In this document: positions 25,365 through 32,000 of the stretch, one piece after another | Numbering within the stretch: the stretch's first letter is position 1 | Layout of the letters: every line of letters starts with the position of its first letter | Source: Pseudoalteromonas translucida KMM 520 | GTDB lineage: Bacteria > Pseudomonadota > Gammaproteobacteria > Enterobacterales > Alteromonadaceae | Length of the DNA: 32,000 nucleotides | NCBI RefSeq assembly: GCF_001465295.1 | Contig: NZ_CP011034.1 | Location: 2,460,001 to 2,492,000, forward strand | Direction of reading: 5' to 3' | The notes under the pieces: generated by a model | Told to the model about the DNA's origin: nothing | The model's input: the letters and a program-made list of their open reading frames with translations, nothing else | Database searches by the model: none | Translations under genes and position numbers: made by a program

Positions 25365-26411
25365 ATGAGTGAAGTAAATAACCCTTTAGGTTTAGTTGGT
25401 ATCGAATTTACCGAATATGCAACACCTGATGCAGATTACATGGATAAAGTATTTACCGACTTTGGCTTTTCAAAGCTAAAAAAATTCAAAGGTAAAGACA
25501 TTGTTTATTACAATCAAAACGATATTCATTTTTTATTAAATAACGAGCGTGATGGCTTTTCGGCACAGTTTGCTAAAGATCATGGCCCGGCTATTTGTTC
25601 TATGGGTTGGCGAGTAGAGAATGCGCAAAAAGCATTTGAAGCAGCGGTAGAGCGCGGTGCAAAACCAGCAACCGACTCGGCAAATAAAGATTTACCTTAC
25701 CCTGCAATTTATGGCATTGGCGACAGCTTAATTTACTTTATTGAGCAATTTGGCGAAAAAGGCTCTATTTACGCACAAGACTTTGAAGATTTAGCCGAGC
25801 AGAACGTAGTTGACGATAAAGGCTTTATTCGCATCGACCATTTAACTAATAATGTTTATAAAGGCACCATGGAAAAATGGGCTAACTTTTATAAAGATGT
25901 ATTTGGTTTTACAGAGGTTCGTTACTTCGATATTAAAGGCCAAAAAACAGCGTTAATTTCGTATGCGCTTAAATCGCCTTGTGGCACCTTCTCTATTCCT
26001 ATTAACGAAGGTAAAGGCAACGATAATAACCAAATCGATGAATACCTTGGTGAATACAATGGCCCTGGCGTACAGCATTTAGCATTTTTAACTGACGACC
26101 TAGTAAGCTCACTTGATAAGCTTGATAAGTCGACTATTGCAACTTTGGATATTATTCCTGAGTACTACGATACTATTTTTGACCGTGTACCTTGGGTTGC
26201 TGAAGATAAAGAAAAAATTCGTGAGCATCAAATTCTAGTAGATAGCCAAAGTGAAAACTGTTATTTACTACAAATTTTCTCTAAAAACCTATTTGGTCCT
26301 ATTTTTATTGAAATGATTCAGCGAGTTGACGATGGTGGCTTTGGTGAAGGTAACTTCCAAGCACTATTTGAATCAATTGAACGCGACCAAGAGCGCCGCG
26401 GCGTTTTATAA
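25365..26411 (+). CDS. hppD: 4-hydroxyphenylpyruvate dioxygenase
   Basis: It has the conserved blocks IDHLTNNVYKGTMEKWANFYKDVFGF, GVQHLAF and FGEGNFQALFESIERDQ. I prefer the ATG at 25365 (GGGAG at 25352-25356, 8-nt spacer) over the ATG at 25359. Confidence 0.9.
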   Translation: MSEVNNPLGLVGIEFTEYATPDADYMDKVFTDFGFSKLKKFKGKDIVYYNQNDIHFLLNNERDGFSAQFAKDHGPAICSMGWRVENAQKAFEAAVERGAKPATDSANKDLPYPAIYGIGDSLIYFIEQFGEKGSIYAQDFEDLAEQNVVDDKGFIRIDHLTNNVYKGTMEKWANFYKDVFGFTEVRYFDIKGQKTALISYALKSPCGTFSIPINEGKGNDNNQIDEYLGEYNGPGVQHLAFLTDDLVSSLDKLDKSTIATLDIIPEYYDTIFDRVPWVAEDKEKIREHQILVDSQSENCYLLQIFSKNLFGPIFIEMIQRVDDGGFGEGNFQALFESIERDQERRGVL

Positions 26412-26434
26412 GTAGTTAGTATTTATATTTTAAA

Positions 26435-26457
26435 AGCAGCGTAACTCGCTGCTTTTT
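26435..26457 (+). terminator. Intrinsic terminator between hppD and fahA
   Basis: The sequence is AGCAGCG-taact-CGCTGCT followed by TTTT, 24 nt after the hppD stop. Confidence 0.7.
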
Positions 26458-26623
26458 GTCGTTTTACGCTGATATTGAGTAACAATTCTACTCTGTCTGT
26501 TTAAATCGTGCTATTCATCACCATATAAGCTGTTAATAATAGATGTTTTTAATCTTTATATGCTTATTTAATAAATTGATATTTATACTGATTAGCACGA
26601 CCAACTAAACCAAAGGAAATGTA

Positions 26624-27937
26624 ATGAGTTTAATTAACGAAACCCATGATATAAATTTAACAAGCTGGGTAGCCTCTGCAAATGTTGCAGATTGTGACTT
26701 CCCTATTCAAAATCTACCTTTTGCTGAAGTTCGTCGTAAAAATAGCAACGAAGCATTTCGTGGCGCTGTCGCTATTGGCGATCAGGTTATCGATTTAGCA
26801 AAACTAAATGAACTCGCTATTTTCAGTGGTGATGCGCAAACAGCCATTGCTGCAGCAAGTAACACCACGTTAAATGAATTTATGAGCCTTGGTCAGCAAT
26901 ATTGGTCAGCACTGCGTTTAGCATTATCTAAAGCGCTGCGTGAAGGCTCTGAGCATCAGGATAAATTAAGCGAAGCGCTTATTGCACAGGCTGATATTGA
27001 ATTTGCATTGCCGTGTCGCATTGGTGATTACACCGACTTTTATACCTCTATTTACCATGCAACCGCTGTGGGTAGCTTGTTTCGCCCAGACAACCCATTA
27101 CTACCTAACTATAAATGGGTACCTATTGGTTATCATGGTCGCTCATCATCTATTGGTGTATCGGGCCAACAATTTCATCGCCCTAAAGGCCAAACCAAAG
27201 CGCCAGATGCTGAAGTACCATCGTTTGGGCCGTGTAAACGCCTTGATTATGAACTAGAAGTAGGTATTTACTTAGGTAAAGGTAACGCATTAGGCGATGC
27301 TATAGCGATTGAAAATGCTGAAAACCATGTATTTGGCTTTTGTGTATTTAACGATTGGTCAGCACGTGATTTACAAGCGTGGGAATATCAGCCGTTAGGG
27401 CCGTTTTTAGCTAAAAACTTTGCATCAACGGTATCACCTTGGATAGTGACAACTGAAGCGCTAGCACCATTTAGAGCGAGCTGGACGCGTGATGAAAACG
27501 ATCCACAACCATTGGATTATTTAGAATCTAAAGCGAACCGTGAACAAGGCGCGTTTGATATTCAAATGGATGTAAAAATTCAAACTCAGCAAATGCGTGA
27601 TGAAGGTCATACACCAACGCGTGTATCAACCTCAAGTTTTAAGCACTCATACTGGACAGTGGCGCAAATGGTAACGCACCACACTGTGAATGGCTGTAAC
27701 TTTATGCCAGGCGATATGCTGGGCTCGGGCACGCAATCAGGCCCAACCCATGAAGAAGCAGGCTCGTTACTTGAGCTTTCTCGTGGTGGTAAAGAAAAAA
27801 TCACGCTGAGCAATGGTCAACAACGTAGCTTTTTAGAAGATGGCGATAACGTTATTATGCGTGGCTGGTGTGAAAAAGAAGGTTACGCACGTATTGGTTT
27901 TGGCTGTGTAGAGAGTACTGTACTCGCTGCAAAATAA
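26624..27937 (+). CDS. fahA: Fumarylacetoacetase
   Basis: 437 aa. It has the N-terminal FAH domain context FPIQNLPFA, and the FAA-hydrolase core blocks DYTDFYTS, GYHGRSSS, DYELEVG and FNDWSARD. Confidence 0.9.
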   Translation: MSLINETHDINLTSWVASANVADCDFPIQNLPFAEVRRKNSNEAFRGAVAIGDQVIDLAKLNELAIFSGDAQTAIAAASNTTLNEFMSLGQQYWSALRLALSKALREGSEHQDKLSEALIAQADIEFALPCRIGDYTDFYTSIYHATAVGSLFRPDNPLLPNYKWVPIGYHGRSSSIGVSGQQFHRPKGQTKAPDAEVPSFGPCKRLDYELEVGIYLGKGNALGDAIAIENAENHVFGFCVFNDWSARDLQAWEYQPLGPFLAKNFASTVSPWIVTTEALAPFRASWTRDENDPQPLDYLESKANREQGAFDIQMDVKIQTQQMRDEGHTPTRVSTSSFKHSYWTVAQMVTHHTVNGCNFMPGDMLGSGTQSGPTHEEAGSLLELSRGGKEKITLSNGQQRSFLEDGDNVIMRGWCEKEGYARIGFGCVESTVLAAK

Positions 27938-27963
27938 TTTAAATAATAAATTATTTTGCTAAA

Positions 27964-27994
27964 AAGGATGGCATTTATTGCCGTCCTTTTTTAT
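27964..27994 (+). terminator. Intrinsic terminator of fahA
   Basis: The sequence is AGGATGGCA-tttat-TGCCGTCCT (one G-U pair) followed by TTTTTT. Confidence 0.7.
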
Positions 27995-28080
27995 TAATTC
28001 AGTCACAGTTACAATTTTTTTCTAGCTTTTTAAACTCAAATTGCTATCTTAGCTTGGTTAATAGCCAGTATTTATGTGTC

Positions 28081-29244
28081 ATGCCTATATTTATAAAGTC
28101 TTTTTTTGAACAGTTTTTTCCCTCTCGTCAACTACTTATCCGCCAAAATGGTGAAGTTAAGCATGTAGTTTTGGCGCCTTGGCTGCAAGTTTTTATCGTA
28201 TTACTTGTATTAGTTACGCTTAGCTGGGTAAGTATTTCAAGCTTTCGGGTTTACTCACAAACTACAAAAATATCAGATATTGAGCAAACTCAACTCGATG
28301 AGCAAAAACAATGGCAACAGCAAGTCAATGAGCAAAAAACACGCCATGACGAACAAATAACACAGTTAGCCGAGCTTGAACAAAAACAAGCTTTACTACA
28401 AAGTATGATCGAATCTCTACCGGTTTCTCTTAGTAAAGATGTTATAAAGCTGGGTGACGAACTTGAATCTCCTATTGAAGCAGAGCAAAGCGAGTTTCAT
28501 GAACCTTTAGTCGATGACAGCGCTCAAAGTAAACAGGTGCAAAATATACCCCCTACTACATTCGCTGCTCGCTATGCACAGCTAAACCAGTACTACGAGC
28601 AAAACTTTTTACTGCTTGAAAGTCAAATAAACCAACGCCACGACGCCATTTTAGCCATGCTTAAAGGTGCAGGATTAGAGTCGGCATTAGCGCAACATTT
28701 AGCATTAAGCGAGCAAACAACCGCTCAGGGTGGCCCGTTAGATGTATTCGATGAAGCAAAAATTCCTGCCACATTTTTAGCTATTGCCGATAAGTTATTA
28801 GTACTTAATAACCTAGAAAACTTTTTAACTGAACTGCCAAATACTTTACCGCTGCAAGCTGCAAAGTATTATATTTCGAGCAATTTTGGACTGCGAAAAG
28901 ATCCAATGAATAGTCGCCGCGCCTTTCATAAGGGCGTTGATTTAGCCGGCTGGCACAAAACTGAAATATTCGCTCCTGCCGACGGCACTGTACTACGCGC
29001 TGGACGCAATGGCGGTTATGGTAACTTTATAGAAATTGAACATAAAAATGGCTTGGTAACACGTTTTGGTCATTTAAATAAAGTTAATGTAAAAAAAGGC
29101 CAAGCAGTCACTAAGCACGATGTAATTGGCTTAATGGGTAGCACTGGCAGAAGTACCAGTACTCACTTACATTATGAAGTGCTCATTGATGGCAAGCATG
29201 TCAACCCTCTTAAAATAACAAAGGCGCTCTCTCGTGTTTGGTAA
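28081..29244 (+). CDS. Membrane-anchored M23 (LytM-type) peptidoglycan endopeptidase with a coiled-coil linker
   Basis: It has the TM helix WLQVFIVLLVLVTLSWVSISSF and a Q/E-rich coiled-coil. The catalytic motifs HKGVDLAG (HxxxD) and STHLHYEV (HxH) are intact. I prefer the in-frame ATG at 28081 over the TTG at 28054. Confidence 0.85.
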   Translation: MPIFIKSFFEQFFPSRQLLIRQNGEVKHVVLAPWLQVFIVLLVLVTLSWVSISSFRVYSQTTKISDIEQTQLDEQKQWQQQVNEQKTRHDEQITQLAELEQKQALLQSMIESLPVSLSKDVIKLGDELESPIEAEQSEFHEPLVDDSAQSKQVQNIPPTTFAARYAQLNQYYEQNFLLLESQINQRHDAILAMLKGAGLESALAQHLALSEQTTAQGGPLDVFDEAKIPATFLAIADKLLVLNNLENFLTELPNTLPLQAAKYYISSNFGLRKDPMNSRRAFHKGVDLAGWHKTEIFAPADGTVLRAGRNGGYGNFIEIEHKNGLVTRFGHLNKVNVKKGQAVTKHDVIGLMGSTGRSTSTHLHYEVLIDGKHVNPLKITKALSRVW

Positions 29245-29716
29245 AAAAAAGCAAGTAACAAATAACGCTTCATTAAAACGCGTTAATCACGCTCCTTCTA
29301 TTATTTCAGAAGATATGCGCCTTACTGGGTCAATAATAAGCCAAGGTGAAGTACAACTTGATGGCCGCATTGATGGCGACATTAAAGCTACTCATTTAGT
29401 AATTGGCACTACAGGCGTAGTTGAGGGTGTTGTAGAAGCGACAAGCGTGATTGTTAAGGGCAAAATAATTGGCTCATTGAATGCCAGTGAAGTTAACATT
29501 AAAAATAACGCCCATGTACATGGTGATATTTTTCACGATACGCTTAGCATAGAAGCTGGTGCAATTATTGAAGGTAATTTAAAACAGCGCTTTGAAAAAG
29601 AAAACTTAACACTAGTCAATGATGAATCAAAGCCGGTGAGCGATGTAAAACCATTAATTAACGAGGACGATATCGGCTTGTCATTCGTAAATAAACAAGC
29701 CTCTAATAAAAGCTAG
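29234..29716 (+). CDS. Bactofilin family cytoskeletal protein
   Basis: 160 aa. It has the repetitive beta-helix pattern (GSIISQGEVQLDGRIDGDIKATHLVIGTTGVVEGVVEATSVIVKGKIIGSL...) typical of DUF583/bactofilin, and an N-terminal MFGKKK like the bactofilin membrane-targeting motif. The GTG start overlaps the end of the M23 gene by 11 nt. Confidence 0.85.
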   Translation: MFGKKKQVTNNASLKRVNHAPSIISEDMRLTGSIISQGEVQLDGRIDGDIKATHLVIGTTGVVEGVVEATSVIVKGKIIGSLNASEVNIKNNAHVHGDIFHDTLSIEAGAIIEGNLKQRFEKENLTLVNDESKPVSDVKPLINEDDIGLSFVNKQASNKS

Positions 29717-30190
29717 TTACTTTTTAGCTGTTATGTACATAGTAATATCTGCAGTGAATACTAGCTCATTGCGGGTATTATATAATTTTACTGGCACCAC
29801 TAAGTCTTCTTTATCTAGCCACTGGTGCGGTAAATCAATCTCTGCAATAGCGGTTACATCGGTATCTACTTTAGCTAAATACCGTACCGTCATACCTTTT
29901 GGGATCCAACGGTGAGTTTTAACCGGTACCGTGGCATCCACCATCACTCCAGCACATAACTCGGCCAAATTACATTGCGCTATTGCATGTATTGTACCTA
30001 TATGATTATGAACTCTACGACGGTTTTTAACCCGCGCACTACAATGCCCTGCTTTTAAATTAAGTATGTAGGGTTTCATCGAGCCAAAGTATGGCGCTTT
30101 AAAACAGACTATTTTTGTAAATAACCAATGCCCAAAGGGTAGCTTTTTAACAATACGCCATGCTGTTAAAACTGAAGATTTATTGCTCAT
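29717..30190 (-). CDS. Hotdog-fold thioesterase (DUF4442/PaaI-like)
   Basis: It has the HNHIGTIHAIAQCNLAELCAG context typical of PaaI/DUF4442 hotdog proteins. I prefer the ATG at 30190 (MSNKSS...) over the ORF-track start at 30229. Its stop codon abuts the bactofilin stop. Confidence 0.7.
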   Translation of the reverse strand: MSNKSSVLTAWRIVKKLPFGHWLFTKIVCFKAPYFGSMKPYILNLKAGHCSARVKNRRRVHNHIGTIHAIAQCNLAELCAGVMVDATVPVKTHRWIPKGMTVRYLAKVDTDVTAIAEIDLPHQWLDKEDLVVPVKLYNTRNELVFTADITMYITAKK

Positions 30191-30558
30191 TATTATTTTC
30201 CATCGTTTATTCTTTTGCAAAAATAACACATCAGACCAGTTTGAGATAGTGTCTTTAAAACCCCTTTTAGCTATTTAACATGAATCCTGGTTAAGAGATT
30301 TACTAACGTACTGAATCATAAATTTATTTTCTCTAGCAAGAGGTTTCTGTGACAACAAGGCTAATTTACGCGTCAATAGCTGGCCTATTACAAGTAAATT
30401 CAACGCAGTTAACGCTGAAAATAGCTGCTTCAGATAGATTTATTATCCAGAGTTAAGGTTATTTAAATTAAAAAGTATCAATGTCGACGATACTAAGGGT
30501 CATAAGCCCTTTCTTTTTTATTAGTCCCCCCCTAAAATACGCGACAAAAGGAGAACTA

Positions 30559-31752
30559 ATGCAAACACAGCCCGCTAAACCAAACTTAACTTTATTACTT
30601 ATATTAGCGTTACTCGTTATTTTTTGCCCTATGGCTATTGATATTTACTTACCTGCATTTCCAACTATTGCTGAGCAATTTTCTGTTTCAGAACAGCAAG
30701 TACAACAAAGTGTTGCTATTTTTATGCTCACTGTAGGCTTAGGGCAATTAATTGCAGGCCCTCTTGCTGATAAGTTTGGTCGTAAACCGGTCGCTGTCAT
30801 TGGTATTAGCCTGTATGCGGGCTCTGCCTTGTTAGCCTATTATGCTCCTTCATTTAATATATTACTGCTCGCGCGTGCTTTACAAGGATTAGGAGCATGT
30901 GCCACTTTTGTGGTTGCTTTTGCCATAGTACGTGACAAATACGGTGCACAGCGAAGTGGGCAAATGATCACTTATTTAAATGGTATTATTTGTTTTATTC
31001 CAGCATTAGCACCCATTTTAGGGGCATGGTTAACCGTGCAGTTTGGCTGGCGGATGAATTTTTTATTTTTAACTTTTTTTGCCATTTTTGGCTTAGTTAT
31101 AACCTTATTATTTTTTAAAGAAACGCGCCCAGCAGACAGCCATTATCAAGGCCATATTTTAGATCTGCGTCGTTTTATACCCATTATTAGCACTCCCATA
31201 TTTTTATTTAATAGCTTACTTTGTATGGTCGCAATGTCGGCAATACTGGTGTATGTAACACTTGCGCCGGGCTGGTTAATTACTCACTTAGGCGGCACTG
31301 TTGCTGACTTTACCTTTTGGTTTACACTCAATGCGGTATGTAGCATTGTGGCGAGCTTTATAGCGCCTATGTATATTAAAAATAATAGCCAGCGTGCTTT
31401 GCGTCTTGGGGTTGGCTTATTGATTTTTTCGGGGGTATTAATGCTGGCGCTTAGCACTATACAAACCGCGCTAGCACTTATGTTACCTATGCTTATTGCT
31501 GCACTTGGTTTTGCTTTAAGTTTAGGCTCAGCAGCTGGTATGGCACTTTCTCGCTTTGCAAAACAAGCCGGAACCGCTTCAGCGTTACTTGGCGCAATGC
31601 AAATGAGTGGTGCGAGTATATTAGTGTTTGCAACACAGTTTTTAGGGTTAACTACACCGTGGCTAATAGCCTTTCATTTACTATTATTACTTCCTCTTTG
31701 GCTTATTTTAATAAGTAAAAAAGGACATGCTTTACACCCAACTCAAGGCTGA
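30559..31752 (+). CDS. Bcr/CflA-type MFS drug/metabolite exporter
   Basis: It has 12 TM segments and the MFS motif A GPLADKFGRKPV. I prefer the ATG at 30559 (AAAGGAG 6 nt upstream) over the ORF-track start at 30481. Confidence 0.85.
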   Translation: MQTQPAKPNLTLLLILALLVIFCPMAIDIYLPAFPTIAEQFSVSEQQVQQSVAIFMLTVGLGQLIAGPLADKFGRKPVAVIGISLYAGSALLAYYAPSFNILLLARALQGLGACATFVVAFAIVRDKYGAQRSGQMITYLNGIICFIPALAPILGAWLTVQFGWRMNFLFLTFFAIFGLVITLLFFKETRPADSHYQGHILDLRRFIPIISTPIFLFNSLLCMVAMSAILVYVTLAPGWLITHLGGTVADFTFWFTLNAVCSIVASFIAPMYIKNNSQRALRLGVGLLIFSGVLMLALSTIQTALALMLPMLIAALGFALSLGSAAGMALSRFAKQAGTASALLGAMQMSGASILVFATQFLGLTTPWLIAFHLLLLLPLWLILISKKGHALHPTQG

Positions 31753-31754
31753 TC

Positions 31755-32000
31755 ATGATAAACCCTGATTTTTTAGTTTCTTTTTTACTGGCTAGCTTTT
31801 TAATTGCGGTGGCCCCTGGGCCTTCTAATGCCTTTTTAATGGCGCAAACCTTTGCTAATGGGCGTACGGCAGGAATGCAAAGTGCGTTTGGTTTTGCTCT
31901 CGGTGGAGTAGTACATACATTTTTTGCTGTTGTTGGCTTAACCGCCATACTTAAGGCCTCAGAAGTAGCTTATAGTGCTGTGCAATATGCAGGCGCTGCT
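31755..32000 (+). CDS. LysE/RhtB family amino-acid exporter, 5' part (runs off the window, not in the ORF track)
   Basis: Hand translation gives MINPDFLVSFLLASFLIAVAPGPSNAFLMAQTFANGRTAGMQSAFGFALGGVVHTFFAVVGLTAILKASEVAYSAVQYAGAA. It has the PGP-containing N-terminal helix typical of LysE/RhtB. The ATG lies 2 nt after the MFS stop. Confidence 0.75.
   Translation, partial: MINPDFLVSFLLASFLIAVAPGPSNAFLMAQTFANGRTAGMQSAFGFALGGVVHTFFAVVGLTAILKASEVAYSAVQYAGAA

Noticed and set aside
26412-26623. A degraded hmgA remnant between hppD and fahA.
   Set aside because: The 212-nt spacer is AT-rich, is interrupted by stops in all frames, and contains a terminator and promoter-like sequence. Nothing in it resembles coding sequence.
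1147-31948. Eighteen short ORFs in the supplied track lie inside or antisense to larger genes. They are 1147-1434, 1542-1817, 3778-3960, 5035-5286, 5529-5867, 8464-8694, 10941-11123, 12041-12259, 13732-13968, 15420-15617, 17564-17752, 21147-21347, 22358-22603, 22973-23188, 26982-27257, 27607-27813, 29733-29915 and 31703-31948.
   Set aside because: Each is fully or largely embedded in a gene with clear family motifs. None has a recognisable motif or ribosome-binding site. Their compositions (Leu/Ile/Ser/Cys-rich, low complexity) are typical of off-frame translation of AT-rich coding DNA.
1-32000. CRISPR arrays, rRNA or tRNA genes, tandem repeats and IS or MITE elements.
   Set aside because: Reading through all intergenic regions, I found no regularly spaced direct repeats, no cloverleaf-like or rRNA-like conserved segments, and no terminal inverted repeats flanking a transposase. 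The only repeats are isolated hairpins consistent with terminators.

Overview
This is an AT-rich gammaproteobacterial chromosome segment. Gene content and codon style resemble Pseudoalteromonas or another Alteromonadales member, but that is inference only. The centre of the window (6153-20390) is a complete, apparently intact E. coli-type (class II) cellulose secretion locus. bcsG-bcsF-bcsE lie on the minus strand, divergent from bcsR-bcsQ-bcsA-bcsB-bcsZ-bcsC on the plus strand, and most junctions are overlapping or near-abutting. bcsF (58 codons) is missing from the supplied ORF track and was found by hand. To the left are ghrA-like dehydrogenase, a MATE exporter, ompW, a hotdog thioesterase and tyrR. 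To the right are a POT peptide permease, a 910-aa lipoprotein (metallophosphatase/5'-nucleotidase core plus a C-terminal LamG-like module), hppD, fahA, an M23 peptidase overlapping a bactofilin gene, a DUF4442-type thioesterase, a Bcr/CflA-type MFS exporter and the 5' part of a LysE/RhtB exporter that runs off the window. I saw no rRNA, tRNA, CRISPR array, IS element, integrase or phage gene. I do not see convincing evidence for an entirely new multi-gene system. The items most worth a second look are: (1) the tri-modular 910-aa lipoprotein; (2) the predicted phosphoethanolamine-cellulose machinery in a marine host; (3) hppD and fahA adjacent with no hmgA or maiA; (4) tyrR and its likely targets bracketing the bcs block; (5) the M23-bactofilin pair; and (6) an unannotated promoter, 39-codon hydrophobic ORF and terminator unit at the left end. 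All homology statements come from motif recognition by eye, not from searches.
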